Source: a bacterium
GTDB taxonomy: Bacteria; Patescibacteriota; Minisyncoccia; UBA6257; 02-FULL-45-10c
DNA: 64,000 nt
NCBI GenBank assembly: GCA_021786945.1
Contig: JAJYMK010000003.1
Location: 151,299 to 215,298, forward strand
Reading direction: 5' to 3'
Every line of letters begins with the position of its first letter. Position 1 is the first letter of the stretch. The position numbers were made by a program, and so were the translations under genes. The notes below the pieces were generated by a model. It saw only the letters and a list, made by a program, of their open reading frames with translations. It ran no database searches and was not told where the DNA came from. This document shows, in pieces, positions 18,742 through 28,740 of this stretch.

Positions 18742-20202
18742 ATGATAGAAGATCTTATAAAAGAACGATTAAGGAAAAAAGAAGGATTTGAAAAGGCCGG
18801 AATTGATTGTTATCCGGCAAAAATAGAAAGGGACTACAGAATTAAAGAAGTTCTCAAAAACTTCGTTTTTTTGTCTTTGTTTAAAAAGAAATTTTCGCTT
18901 GCCGGCAGGATTATGGGTATGCGTGTTCAGGGAGGAATAATGTTCGTAGATTTGAACGATGGCAGTGCTTCAATGCAGGCCGTGATTTCAAAAAAGAATT
19001 TTAAGGACTTTCCTCTTTTCAAGGAAAATTTGGATATCGGAGATTTTATTTCTGTTAAAGGCGGCGTTTTTACCACAAAAGCCGGACAGAAAAGTTTGAA
19101 GGCGGACAATGTTGTCTTAGCTTCAAAAAGCTTGAGGCCTATTCCGAGCCAGTGGTATGGACTTCAGGACGAAGAAGAAAAACTTAGGAAAAGATATCTG
19201 GATATTTTGCTGAATCCGGAAATAAAAGACATGTTCGAAAAAAGAGCGAGATTTTGGAATGCCATAAGAGATTTTTTGCTCAGCAGAGGTTTCACTGAAG
19301 TTGAAACTCCTGTTTTAGAAAATACAACCGGAGGTGCAGATGCGAAGCCTTTTGTGACACATCACAATGCTTTAGACATAGACGTCTATTTGCGTATTTC
19401 TATGGGTGAATTATGGCAAAAAAGACTTATGGTTGCCGGTTTCGAAAAAACATTTGAAATAGGAAGACAATTTAGGAATGAGGGGATGGATGCAGAGCAT
19501 TTACAGGATTATACACAGATGGAATTTTACTGGGCTTATGCCGATTATGAAATGGGAATGGAATTGGTTGAAGACTTGTATAAATATGTTGCCATGAAAA
19601 CTTTCGGAAAACTTAAATTTACGATTGGTGAGTTTGAAGTTGATTTAGGTAAAAAGTGGGAGAGATATGATTATGTTGAAACTATAAAAAAATATACAGG
19701 CATAGATATCTTGAATACCAATATCGACGAAATAAAACAAAGATTGAAAGAATTGAAAGTTGATTTTTCAAGAGAGGGTTTCAATATTACCAGAGCCATA
19801 GATAATCTTTGGAAATATTGCAGGAAACAGATTTGCGGTCCGGGATTTTTGATTGGAGTGCCGGTGGAGGTTTCTCCTTTAGCTAAAAGAGATAGTAAAA
19901 ATCCTAGGGTTACACAAAGATTTCAGCCGATCATTGCCGGTTCAGAACTCGGAAATGGATATAGCGAGCTAAATGATCCGGTGGACCAACTTGCTAGGTT
20001 TAACGAACAGGCAAAGTTAAGAGAAGCTGGAGATGAAGAGGCTCAGATGAAAGATGAAGATTTCGTGGAAGCTTTGGAATATGGAATGCCACCCACCTGC
20101 GGCTTCGGAATGAGTGAGAGGGTATTTGACTTCTTTATGAACAAAAGCGCCAGAGAATGCCAAATTTTTCCATTAATGAGGCCCAAAAAGGAAGAAAAGT
20201 AA
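18742..20202 (+). CDS. lysS: Lysyl-tRNA synthetase (class II)
   Basis: Class II motifs (FEIGRQFRNEGMDAEHLQDYTQMEFYWAY...GMPPTCGFGMSERV) plus an N-terminal OB domain. Confidence 0.92.
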   Translation: MIEDLIKERLRKKEGFEKAGIDCYPAKIERDYRIKEVLKNFVFLSLFKKKFSLAGRIMGMRVQGGIMFVDLNDGSASMQAVISKKNFKDFPLFKENLDIGDFISVKGGVFTTKAGQKSLKADNVVLASKSLRPIPSQWYGLQDEEEKLRKRYLDILLNPEIKDMFEKRARFWNAIRDFLLSRGFTEVETPVLENTTGGADAKPFVTHHNALDIDVYLRISMGELWQKRLMVAGFEKTFEIGRQFRNEGMDAEHLQDYTQMEFYWAYADYEMGMELVEDLYKYVAMKTFGKLKFTIGEFEVDLGKKWERYDYVETIKKYTGIDILNTNIDEIKQRLKELKVDFSREGFNITRAIDNLWKYCRKQICGPGFLIGVPVEVSPLAKRDSKNPRVTQRFQPIIAGSELGNGYSELNDPVDQLARFNEQAKLREAGDEEAQMKDEDFVEALEYGMPPTCGFGMSERVFDFFMNKSARECQIFPLMRPKKEEK

Positions 20203-20214
20203 AAATTTTTATTT

Positions 20215-21522
20215 ATGCTTGATATAAAATACATCAGGGAAAATTCCGAAAAAATTAAAGAAGCTGCAAAAAATAAAAACATTGATATAAATATCGATGA
20301 ACTTTTAGCCCTTGATGACAAGAGGCGTGCTTTACAGTTGGAAATTGATGAGCTTAGAGCTAAAAGAAATAAATTAGCTGAAGCCGGAAAATCCGGAAAG
20401 CCTACTAAAGAGCAGATTGAAGAAGGTAAATCGGTAAAAATTAAAGTTTTGGAAGTTGAGGCGGAATTGAAATTGGTTCAGGAAAAATATATGGCGCTTA
20501 TGGTAAGAGTGCCGACAATTCCTTCGCCGGATACTCCGGTTGGAAAAAGCGGAGATGATAATGTTGTGGCTGGAGAATGGGGAATAAAACCTGAATTTAA
20601 ATTTACTCCGAAAGACCATATTAAAATTGCCGAAGATCTCGGCTTGATAGATTTTGAAAGGGGAGTAAAAGTTGCTGGGTACAGAGGTTATTATTTGAGG
20701 GGTTACGGCGCCGGATTGGTTATGGGTTTAATGATGTACGCCTTACAGAAAATGTCCGAAAAAAAATATATACCCATGATCCCGCCTACCCTAGTCAAAG
20801 GCTTTGCCTTATTCGGCAGCGGATATTTTAAGGGTACGGAATACAATCCGGAAGTGGATGAAATTTATCAGATTGCCACATCGGAAAAAGAAGCCGACGG
20901 ATCGGAAAATAAAGAACAGAAATTTTTGGTTGGTACTGCCGAGCCTTCGTTATTGTCTTATTATTCGGGGGAAATTTTAAAAGAAGAAGATCTGCCTATA
21001 AGGCTTTGCGGATTTAGCCCGTGTTATAGAAGTGAAATAGGGAGCTACGGAAAAGATACTAAAGGTCTTTATAGAGTTCATGAATTTATGAAAGTTGAGC
21101 AAGTTGTAATTTGCAAAGCCGACATCGAAGAGGCTACCAAGTTGCAAGAAGAAATGATTGGAATTTCCAAAGAAATGCACGAAGAACTTGGTTTTAATTA
21201 TAGACAGCTTAGAATTTGTACCGGTGATATGTCTGCAGGAAAATATAAAGCGTATGATTTGGAAACATGGCTTCCGGGCTCGCAGCGTTGGGCAGAAACC
21301 GGGTCGGCTAGTAATTTTTTGGATTGGCAGGCCAGGAGGCTTAATGTTAAATATATCGACAAAAATGGCGAGAAGAAATATGTTTATATGTTGAATAATA
21401 CAGCCATGCCTTCACCGCGTCCGTTTATGGCAATTTTGGAAAGTTTTCAAACCGAATCGGGTTCGGTAAAAATCCCTAAAGTTTTACAAAAATTTACGGG
21501 TTTTGAAGAAATCAAAAAATAA
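20215..21522 (+). CDS. serS: Seryl-tRNA synthetase
   Basis: MLDIKYIRENSEKI... N-terminal coiled coil, and a class II core (...FSPCYRSEIGSYGKDTKGLYRVHEF...). Confidence 0.92.
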   Translation: MLDIKYIRENSEKIKEAAKNKNIDINIDELLALDDKRRALQLEIDELRAKRNKLAEAGKSGKPTKEQIEEGKSVKIKVLEVEAELKLVQEKYMALMVRVPTIPSPDTPVGKSGDDNVVAGEWGIKPEFKFTPKDHIKIAEDLGLIDFERGVKVAGYRGYYLRGYGAGLVMGLMMYALQKMSEKKYIPMIPPTLVKGFALFGSGYFKGTEYNPEVDEIYQIATSEKEADGSENKEQKFLVGTAEPSLLSYYSGEILKEEDLPIRLCGFSPCYRSEIGSYGKDTKGLYRVHEFMKVEQVVICKADIEEATKLQEEMIGISKEMHEELGFNYRQLRICTGDMSAGKYKAYDLETWLPGSQRWAETGSASNFLDWQARRLNVKYIDKNGEKKYVYMLNNTAMPSPRPFMAILESFQTESGSVKIPKVLQKFTGFEEIKK

Positions 21523-21530
21523 AAATAAAA

Positions 21531-21565
21531 AATCGCCTAGGTTAAGACCCGGGCGATTTTATTTA
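21531..21565. terminator. Bidirectional terminator between serS and the convergent minus-strand gene
   Basis: ATCGCCtaggttaagaccCGGGCGATTTTATTT. Confidence 0.55.
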
Positions 21566-21859
21566 AAGAAAGTACAATTTTAAGGTGGTAAGGTGTAGTA
21601 ACGCTATGATGATTTCTATGATAAGCCAGCATTTCACCACTGTTTCATATTTTCCCATAATTATCACAATGGCAGTTATTATTCCAAGAAGTGTATGAAT
21701 TAATAGCCAGTGATTTAAACTAACAGTTTTTTGTATAAGGGAATTTATCGGGCCGACTTCATATACACACCCGGTTTTTACCCAAATAAACGTCATTACT
21801 CCATCAAAATAGCTTAAGATTAAAGCTATTAAAAGCATATAGAATATGCCTTTTTTCAT
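21563..21859 (-). CDS. Small hypothetical membrane protein (3 predicted TM helices)
   Basis: 98-aa hydrophobic ORF with its own intergenic region. Confidence 0.4.
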   Translation of the reverse strand: MKKGIFYMLLIALILSYFDGVMTFIWVKTGCVYEVGPINSLIQKTVSLNHWLLIHTLLGIITAIVIIMGKYETVVKCWLIIEIIIALLHLTTLKLYFL

Positions 21860-22015
21860 TTACCTCACCCCCCTATAGTTTATTTGTTATTTTCAAGGAG
21901 TATGTATTAATTTTCTAACTTTTTTAAATATGTTGTCAATTCTAAAAAAGTTTAAAACTATTTATGATTTTATTTTTCTGTTAAAATTATATAAACAAGC
22001 GGTTATTAATATTTT

Positions 22016-22792
22016 ATGCCAATTTATTCAGACAAAAAAGCGATTGTCAGAAGAAAAAGAATTTTTAGGATAAAAATTTACTTCCTTATTTTTTTTGCGG
22101 CATTGGTATCTTTTGGAATTTATTATTTAGTGCTATATTCTTCGGTTTTTAAAATAAAATCCATTATTATAGAAAATAATAAATTTTTAACAAATGAAGA
22201 AATTATCCGTGATTTAAAACAATATGTTTTAAGAGGTGGGTTTGCCGGCCAGGCCGGTTTTGATAACTTATTTTCTTGGCCAAGCGGAAAAATTGCGGTT
22301 GCTGATCCGGCAGTTTCTGAATTAAAAATAAACAAAAACTGGATAGGAAGAGAAGTAAAAGTTAGTGTTGAAGAGCGTGAGAGATTTGCTATTTGGTGTG
22401 TATTTGGCGGAGATAATTGTTATTGGATGGATAGGCAGGGGATTATTTTTGCGGAAGCGCCATTAACCGAGGGGTCTTTGGTTTTTACGGTATTTGACTC
22501 AAGAAATAATGTTTTGTTGTTAGGATCAAAAATTGAAGAAGATAGATTTGTAGGTAATTTAATTTCTGTTTTGGAAAATCTCAATAAAACCGGTTTTGAA
22601 ATAACAAAAATTAATTTCGATAAAGATCTTCAGGAAATTACCGTTCAAACAATGGAAGGGACCAGATTATTGTTTAGCGACAGATTTAATTCCGCTCAAA
22701 ATATAGCACTAATAAAAGATTTAAACTTGAAAAATGTAGATTATATAGATTTGAGGGTAGAGAATAAGATTTATTATAAGAATAATAAATAA
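22016..22792 (+). CDS. ftsQ: Cell division protein FtsQ/DivIB-like (N-terminal TM plus POTRA)
   Basis: TM segment, then KSIIIENNKFLTNEEI...WIGREVKVSVEERERFAIWCV...YWMDRQGIIF, matching the POTRA/FtsQ pattern. Confidence 0.55.
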   Translation: MPIYSDKKAIVRRKRIFRIKIYFLIFFAALVSFGIYYLVLYSSVFKIKSIIIENNKFLTNEEIIRDLKQYVLRGGFAGQAGFDNLFSWPSGKIAVADPAVSELKINKNWIGREVKVSVEERERFAIWCVFGGDNCYWMDRQGIIFAEAPLTEGSLVFTVFDSRNNVLLLGSKIEEDRFVGNLISVLENLNKTGFEITKINFDKDLQEITVQTMEGTRLLFSDRFNSAQNIALIKDLNLKNVDYIDLRVENKIYYKNNK

Positions 22793-22798
22793 AAATTT

Positions 22799-24688
22799 TT
22801 ATAGTTTATAGATAAATATTGAAGTTCCTGCTTTGTAGTCTGGCGAGAGAGGATTTTTAAGCCAGAGATATTCGTCTTGCGGGCTTCTGGTGATTGTCGC
22901 GGTCGGGCTTAACCTAGAAATAGAATTCTGAATATTATTTACGGAAACCGCTAGCCAATTTATTCCATTTTCATTCGGATTTCCCATGGTTGAATTCCAA
23001 TTTTCTGCTTTATTCCCGAAATAATATTTTATATTTCCGCCGCCGAAATAATCTATAGCTATTTTGTCTATTTTTTCTCCGCTAGGCGGGTTATTTACGA
23101 AATCTTTTAAGCGTTTCAAATCTTGACCCCAGTCAAAATTGGAATCGGTTACGTATTTATAGCCATTCATATCTCCCCCAGCCAGTTCATTAAATTTTGA
23201 AAGGAAATAAGGGCTGGCAAATACAGTGCCGGTTATTAGCCAAATTAAAAGGCCGCTTAGGATAACCGATTTGATTCCCAGATTTAATATTTTATTGAAT
23301 GTTGATATTAGTTTCTGCGACAGGCTGCCTGATATATTTTTAGGGGCCCAATAGAATAATTTTTTAATGGCTGTGGAGGTAAGAATATAGACAAATGGGA
23401 GGGTGGGCATTATGTGCCTGAAGCCGATATTTAATGGGCTCTTCATGCTGTAAAGCCAGTATCCGGCCACGAAAATAATCATACAGAATTCAGAAAAGTT
23501 GGTAGTAAGATATTCAATGAATTTATTTTGGGTATATTTTTTTCCTTTATAAAAATTTTTTGCAATGTTCCAGATGCTCGCTAAAAACGCGGTAAAGATA
23601 AGTATCAATACGGGAAGCGATTCTTTCATTAAAAAAACAATAGGGAAATAATACCAATTTCCCAAATTACTGACTTGGCCTAATAGATAGCTGGTATTAC
23701 CACCAGAAGAACGTTGCATAACCATAAGAACTCCCAGTAAATATTCAGCCAATGGTCTTAAAATTTTATTACCGGACATGGCTACAACATTGTCGGCCAA
23801 AAGGCGGTTTCCAAAACCCTGCAAAATTGTTCCGGTGTCGGAATATTGTTTGTCTATCGGATAATTTATGGTAAATAGTCCGTAAACGAGATAGATTAAA
23901 ATACCGCCTATAAAAAATATCAGTAAAAGCTTTCCGAAATCAGTCAAGAAAATTTTGAATATTTTTTTAAACTTATTTTCAGCAACCGGGCTTTTTATTT
24001 CTTTTATTGTTTTTTCTATAAATAGGGCAGCTACTATAAAAATAAAGAATGGCCCGAGAAGAACGGCGGAGAATTTTAATAATTGCGCAAAACCAAAAGA
24101 AATTCCGGCTATTATAATATTTTTTCTAGTTGGATTATAAATGTATTTAAGGAAATAATAGCTTGCCACCAGAATTCCTAAAGCTGCTCCTACGTCTGTG
24201 GTTACATAGTGCCCATGAGCTAGAAAATTAGGGGAAAAAGCGATAAGTCCTGCCGGCAGAAGCGCCCACCATCTTCCCATTAGTTCATTTGCCCAGAAAT
24301 AAGTAAATCCTATGAGTATAAGCAATAGAATCATCGGCATCAGGCGGCTATAAAAAATGATTTTATCGGCGTTGTTTCCAGATTCATATAAAAATTGGTT
24401 TCCTACAGCCCATTGGCCATTAATATCGGTCTGCCAAGAATTTTGATTGGTTGGAAAATTAAGATTTTGGAATAAAAGCGGAATTGCGGCAAGGGCTTTT
24501 ACTAGAGGTGGGTGTTCTGGATTTAGCCTGTAATCCAAAAATTTAACATAAGAATATCCGGCTGGAATATGGGCAAGTTCATCCATGATAGCGGAGTCTT
24601 GTTTTGCGGGACCAAGCATCAATAAAAATGCGGAAATGATAATAAGGGATAAAATTGCTTTCGGTATGTAGTTTTGTAGTTTGGTCAT
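22799..24688 (-). CDS. GT-C fold membrane glycosyltransferase (PMT/ArnT, GT39/GT83-like)
   Basis: Polytopic membrane protein with the first-loop motif DELAHIPAGYSYVKFLDYRLNPEHPPLVKAL, as in dolichyl-phosphate-mannose protein mannosyltransferases and ArnT. The track starts it at 24739; I prefer the start at 24688 (MTKLQNY). Confidence 0.65.
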   Translation of the reverse strand: MTKLQNYIPKAILSLIIISAFLLMLGPAKQDSAIMDELAHIPAGYSYVKFLDYRLNPEHPPLVKALAAIPLLFQNLNFPTNQNSWQTDINGQWAVGNQFLYESGNNADKIIFYSRLMPMILLLILIGFTYFWANELMGRWWALLPAGLIAFSPNFLAHGHYVTTDVGAALGILVASYYFLKYIYNPTRKNIIIAGISFGFAQLLKFSAVLLGPFFIFIVAALFIEKTIKEIKSPVAENKFKKIFKIFLTDFGKLLLIFFIGGILIYLVYGLFTINYPIDKQYSDTGTILQGFGNRLLADNVVAMSGNKILRPLAEYLLGVLMVMQRSSGGNTSYLLGQVSNLGNWYYFPIVFLMKESLPVLILIFTAFLASIWNIAKNFYKGKKYTQNKFIEYLTTNFSEFCMIIFVAGYWLYSMKSPLNIGFRHIMPTLPFVYILTSTAIKKLFYWAPKNISGSLSQKLISTFNKILNLGIKSVILSGLLIWLITGTVFASPYFLSKFNELAGGDMNGYKYVTDSNFDWGQDLKRLKDFVNNPPSGEKIDKIAIDYFGGGNIKYYFGNKAENWNSTMGNPNENGINWLAVSVNNIQNSISRLSPTATITRSPQDEYLWLKNPLSPDYKAGTSIFIYKL

Positions 24689-24710
24689 AGTATAATTATA
24701 TAATAAAACC

Positions 24711-25058
24711 ATGGCTTTTGGACTTATAAAATTTCCCAAAAACGATAAGCATTTTGTATGGACGGATCATTCCAAATCAAAGATGATCCAGTATTTTATT
24801 TCGGAAACAAAAATAAAGGAATTAATAAAAAAACATGAGAGGTTGGAGGAGGGCGTGGCTCCAAAAACTGTGGCAGTGATGAAAAGGAATGACAAAGGGA
24901 AGAAAAAAGAAGAAATGTGGGTTATGTATCAAAAAATTGGTGATAAAAAAACAGGGGAAAAAATGAAGATAATTTCTGTATGGAGATATCCGGGAGTGAG
25001 TCCTAAAAAAGAAATTCCGATTCCGGAAGATGTTCTTAAAGAAATCGAGAATTTATAA
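24711..25058 (+). CDS. Small hypothetical protein, possibly a DUF4258/RelE-fold toxin-like protein
   Basis: FVWTDHSKSKMIQYFISETKIKELI...KMKIISVWRY resembles the T-x-H-A-x-x-R-M...VITVY pattern. This is a weak call. Confidence 0.3.
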   Translation: MAFGLIKFPKNDKHFVWTDHSKSKMIQYFISETKIKELIKKHERLEEGVAPKTVAVMKRNDKGKKKEEMWVMYQKIGDKKTGEKMKIISVWRYPGVSPKKEIPIPEDVLKEIENL

Positions 25059-25775
25059 ATTTAAAATAAATTCTTTTTCTTCTTTGGTGTGTTTTTCCAG
25101 GGCATAGATTAGAGTAATTCTTGGCATTTTTTTGATATTGGCCTTGATAAATTTTGTTTCAAGGGACTTGTTTCTTTTTCCGACTTCGCGTAGCATCCAG
25201 CCGACGGCTTTGTGTATTAAGTCGCGTTTATCTTTTAACAATATTTTAGATATTTTTAATGTGTCATTGAATTGATTTTCTTTTATAAAAGAAAAAGTTG
25301 CTATAATAGCTATTCTTTTTTGCCAGAGATTTTTTGATTTAGCTAGTTTATATAAAACTTTTTTGCTTGTCCTGAGCGAAGTTGAAGGATTTTTATCCAA
25401 TAAATATTCTCCGACTATTTTTGGAGCGGAATTATCAACTAGGTCCCAATTATTTATTTTTTTTGAATTTTTGATATAGAAATTAAAAATTTCTTCCTTT
25501 TGCAAATTGTCGGAGTTTTTGTATTGATTTACCAGAATTGCTAAGGCGCAAAAACGGTGTTCGTGAATTTTACTATTCAGGAGTTTTTGTAGTTCTGTAA
25601 AATTTAAATTCATGTATTTTTTACAAATTTTTCTTTGGGTTGGAACCATAATTCCCAGAAAAATATCGCCATGGCCGTATTCGCCGGGTGCGGTTTTAAA
25701 AAATCGCTGAAGTAGTTTAGCTTGTTCCGTATTTTTTAAGGCATTAAGATCTTTTTCCAGTTGAGAAACACTCAT
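25053..25775 (-). CDS. DNA alkylation repair protein (AlkD/AlkC-like HEAT-repeat glycosylase)
   Basis: ...LQRFFKTAPGEYGHGDIFLGIMVPTQRKI...NNWDLVDNSAPKIVG...IHKAVGWMLREVGK...: DNA_alkylation family pattern. Confidence 0.6.
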   Translation of the reverse strand: MSVSQLEKDLNALKNTEQAKLLQRFFKTAPGEYGHGDIFLGIMVPTQRKICKKYMNLNFTELQKLLNSKIHEHRFCALAILVNQYKNSDNLQKEEIFNFYIKNSKKINNWDLVDNSAPKIVGEYLLDKNPSTSLRTSKKVLYKLAKSKNLWQKRIAIIATFSFIKENQFNDTLKISKILLKDKRDLIHKAVGWMLREVGKRNKSLETKFIKANIKKMPRITLIYALEKHTKEEKEFILNL

Positions 25776-25798
25776 TAATTTATTATAATCTAATAATT

Positions 25799-26797
25799 AT
25801 GAATAAGCTTTCTTTGGGTATAGTAGGCCTTCCAAATGTCGGAAAATCAACGCTTTTTAAGGCTATAACCAATAATCCCGTAAACATAGCCAATTATCCT
25901 TTTTGCACAATAGATCCGAACATCGGTGTAGTTTCTGTACCCGATGAGCGTTTGGAGAAGCTTAATGAAATGTCTAAGTCCAAGAAGAAAATACCGGCCG
26001 TGGTTGAGTTTTATGATATTGCTGGATTAGTAAGAGGTGCCAACAAGGGCGAAGGTTTGGGTAATCAATTTTTGAGTCATATAAGGGAAACCAATGCTAT
26101 CGTAGAAGTTTTGCGTTGTTTTAAATCAACAGAAATAGTTCATGTGGAAAATTCGGTAGATCCTATAAGAGATATGGAAATTATTAATGCCGAGCTTGCT
26201 TTGAAAGATTTGGATACGGTTGAAAAAGTTTTGAAGAGTTTGGAAGCCGAGGCTAGGAGCGGAAAGAAAGATGCTCAAAAAGATTTGGAGGTGGCTAAAA
26301 AAGTCCATGAAAGACTTTTGAGAAACGAACTTTTGGTTGATTTGCGTCATGAACCGATAGTTAAAAAACTTCAGCTTTTGACTTCTAAGCCACAGGTATA
26401 TTTACTGAACGGCGATCCCGAAGATGTGCCGGCCGGACTCGTAGAAAAAATAAAAGCTTTAGGCGCCGACTATATTATAAAAAATATCGCCAAAGATCAG
26501 GATTTGGGAGAGCTGATCAGGAAGTCTTATGCAGTTTTGGATTTGATAAGTTTCTTTACTACCGGTGAAGACGAGACCAGGGCCTGGACAATTGTGAAGG
26601 GAGAAAAAGCGCCGCAAGCAGCCGGAACTATTCATACCGATTTTGAAAAAAGTTTTATACGAGCTGAAACTATCAGCTGGAATAAATTATTGGAAGTGGG
26701 TGGCTGGTCAAAGGCCAAGCAAAAAGGGCTGATCCGATCCGAAGGAAAAGAATATGTTTTTCAGGACGGGGATGTGGTAGAGATTAAACATGGATAA
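25799..26797 (+). CDS. ychF: Ribosome-binding ATPase YchF
   Basis: GIVGLPNVGKSTLFKAIT...ANYPFCTIDPNIGVV...DIAGLVRGANKGEGLGNQFL plus a TGS domain. Confidence 0.9.
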   Translation: MNKLSLGIVGLPNVGKSTLFKAITNNPVNIANYPFCTIDPNIGVVSVPDERLEKLNEMSKSKKKIPAVVEFYDIAGLVRGANKGEGLGNQFLSHIRETNAIVEVLRCFKSTEIVHVENSVDPIRDMEIINAELALKDLDTVEKVLKSLEAEARSGKKDAQKDLEVAKKVHERLLRNELLVDLRHEPIVKKLQLLTSKPQVYLLNGDPEDVPAGLVEKIKALGADYIIKNIAKDQDLGELIRKSYAVLDLISFFTTGEDETRAWTIVKGEKAPQAAGTIHTDFEKSFIRAETISWNKLLEVGGWSKAKQKGLIRSEGKEYVFQDGDVVEIKHG

Positions 26798-28031
26798 TAT
26801 TTTTGACGTTGTCGTAATCGGCGGCGGGCCAGCCGGAATGATGGCGGCAGGAAGAGCTGCGGAACTTGGCCGCTCTGTTTTGTTGTTGGAAAAAAATCAA
26901 AATCTTGGCAAGAAGCTTCTTTTAACAGGGGGCGGCAGATGTAATCTTACAAATAACAAACCAAATATCCGTGAATTGGCTTTAGGTTATAAAGGTAGCG
27001 ACCAATTTCTGATGTCCGCTTTTTCACAATTTGATGTAGCTAAAACTATAGAATTTTTTAATGACTTGGGCGTAAAAATAAAAGAAGAAGAATATGGAAG
27101 AGTTTTTCCCGTTTCGGATAAAGCACAAACAGTTTTAGATGCATTGCTAAAATACATGAAAAACGGGGGAGTAAAAATAAAAATAAAATCAGCCGTTAAA
27201 AATGTTTCTTTTGATAAAGAAAATAAAATTTTTACGATTCAATTGAAAAATGACGAGGTATTTATGGCAAAATCTTGTGTGGTTGCCACGGGCGGAGTAT
27301 CTCATCCGGAAACGGGTTCGACTGGAGAAGGTTTTGATTGGCTTAAAAAGCTGGGACATAAAATTATAAAAACAGACGCCTCGCTTGTGCCGATAGCGGT
27401 AAAGGATAAATGGATTAAAGATCTGTCGGGGTTAACTTTAAACGATATAAAACTTACGGTATTTCTGGATAACAAAAAACAGTTTATTAAAAAAGGAAAA
27501 ATATTGTTTACCCATTTTGGAGTTAGCGGGCCGACCGTATTGAATATGAGTAAGGACATCGGAGAATTGTTGAGTGCCGGGGAAGTGATTATTAAATTAG
27601 ATTTGTTTCCAAAACTTGATTTGGGCACATTAAAACAAAATCTTCAGAATATTTTAGTGGCCGAAAGCAATAAAAAATTAAAAAACACCTTAGGATTAAT
27701 AGTTCCATTAGCCATTGTTCCGATAATTTTAAAAATAACAGGAATAGACGGAGAAACATTAAATCATAGCGTTAGGCACGAAGAACGTATAAAACTTATT
27801 AATTGTATGAAGGAGATTCCTATGCATATAGAGGGCTTGTTGGGGCCGCATAGGGCCATTGTGTCTTCCGGAGGTGTGGCATTGGAAGAGATTAATTTCA
27901 AAACAATGCAGTCGCGAATTTTGCCGGAATTATTTATAGTTGGTGATTGTTTAAATATCGATCGTCCTTCGGGCGGATATAGCTTGCAGCTTTGTTGGAC
28001 TACCGGATTTATAGCCGGAAGTAGTATATAA
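26790..28031 (+). CDS. HI0933/BaiN-family FAD-dependent oxidoreductase
   Basis: DVVVIGGGPAGMMAA...GKKLLLTGGGRCNLTN: HI0933-like. Confidence 0.8.
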   Translation: MDNIFDVVVIGGGPAGMMAAGRAAELGRSVLLLEKNQNLGKKLLLTGGGRCNLTNNKPNIRELALGYKGSDQFLMSAFSQFDVAKTIEFFNDLGVKIKEEEYGRVFPVSDKAQTVLDALLKYMKNGGVKIKIKSAVKNVSFDKENKIFTIQLKNDEVFMAKSCVVATGGVSHPETGSTGEGFDWLKKLGHKIIKTDASLVPIAVKDKWIKDLSGLTLNDIKLTVFLDNKKQFIKKGKILFTHFGVSGPTVLNMSKDIGELLSAGEVIIKLDLFPKLDLGTLKQNLQNILVAESNKKLKNTLGLIVPLAIVPIILKITGIDGETLNHSVRHEERIKLINCMKEIPMHIEGLLGPHRAIVSSGGVALEEINFKTMQSRILPELFIVGDCLNIDRPSGGYSLQLCWTTGFIAGSSI

Positions 28032-28035
28032 AAAG

Positions 28036-28066
28036 TAAAACTCCCTGTTTTAAACAGGGAGTTATT
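28036..28066. terminator. Bidirectional terminator between convergent genes
   Basis: AAACTCCCTGTTTtaAAACAGGGAGTTATTTTATTT. Confidence 0.6.
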
Positions 28067-28555
28067 TTATTTGCGGCGAACGAAGATCCATTTACTGTTG
28101 ACACCCCAGACGCTCTCGGGATTTCCGTTATTACCATGAAGGATAAGGGTATTTCCGTCTCGTTCAATACCAAATGCTCGTGCGGAATTTTTTTCTCCTA
28201 AAATAGCCAACATCGCTATATTCAGATATTCACCCGAAGGTTGATTTTTATATTGCAGGCGAAGTTGCGGACCAACTTCCGGAGGACACAGCTCGAGATC
28301 TAATTCTTTGGCCCTCTTGTAGATGCTTGATCTGGTGGTATTACTTTTGAATCCTAGATCAGCAGGAGAAACAATTACCAAATTTACCTCTTTTTTATTC
28401 TTACTTACGCAAAAAGCGGCTCGGCCGAGAATGTCATTGGCCGATTCACCGATTTTCAGGCAGAGATTTTTGAAGGCTCTGCGGAAGTCGTCGGCAGTTT
28501 TAAGACCCGTGCCGAGCTTAACAATTTTCCATATAGGAAATTTGTTGGCACCCAT
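28067..28555 (-). CDS. Hypothetical protein of 162 aa with atypically high GC (about 43% by eye)
   Basis: Its own SD (GGGGGT) and promoter-like sequence. I recognise no domain. Confidence 0.45.
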   Translation of the reverse strand: MGANKFPIWKIVKLGTGLKTADDFRRAFKNLCLKIGESANDILGRAAFCVSKNKKEVNLVIVSPADLGFKSNTTRSSIYKRAKELDLELCPPEVGPQLRLQYKNQPSGEYLNIAMLAILGEKNSARAFGIERDGNTLILHGNNGNPESVWGVNSKWIFVRRK

Positions 28556-28634
28556 ACTGTTACCCCCCGATTTTATATTAAGTTCTAATTAAATAGTAAA
28601 ATAAACAAATATTTTTGTCTAAGTATGTTTTTGT

Positions 28635-28660
28635 AAAAAAACGCCCCGGTAGGCGTTTAT
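28635..28660 (-). terminator. Rho-independent terminator (minus strand), directly after the small ORF
   Basis: Minus strand reads AAACGCCuaccggGGCGUUUUUUU. Confidence 0.6.
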
Positions 28661-28740
28661 AGCTTACCGGGGCTGGTACGGCACCCGTTCGAGCAGTGCG
28701 CCACGGGGCGCAGCATGTAGCGTTTCTTCAACATGAACAT
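28657..28740 (-). CDS. Candidate 27-aa small ORF (MFMLKKRYMLRPVAHCSNGCRTSPGKL) in a GC-rich intergenic islet
   Basis: Strong SD (GGAGGTG) 7 nt upstream of the ATG. GC is about 55% locally. Its stop lies inside the terminator stem. Not in the ORF track because it is under 60 aa. Confidence 0.25.
   Translation of the reverse strand: MFMLKKRYMLRPVAHCSNGCRTSPGKL

Noticed and set aside
28657-28740. Interpreting the 27-aa ORF as a classical amino-acid-sensing leader peptide
   Set aside because: There is no run of identical regulatory codons (such as Trp, His or Leu repeats). Attenuation remains possible, but the sensing logic is not evident.
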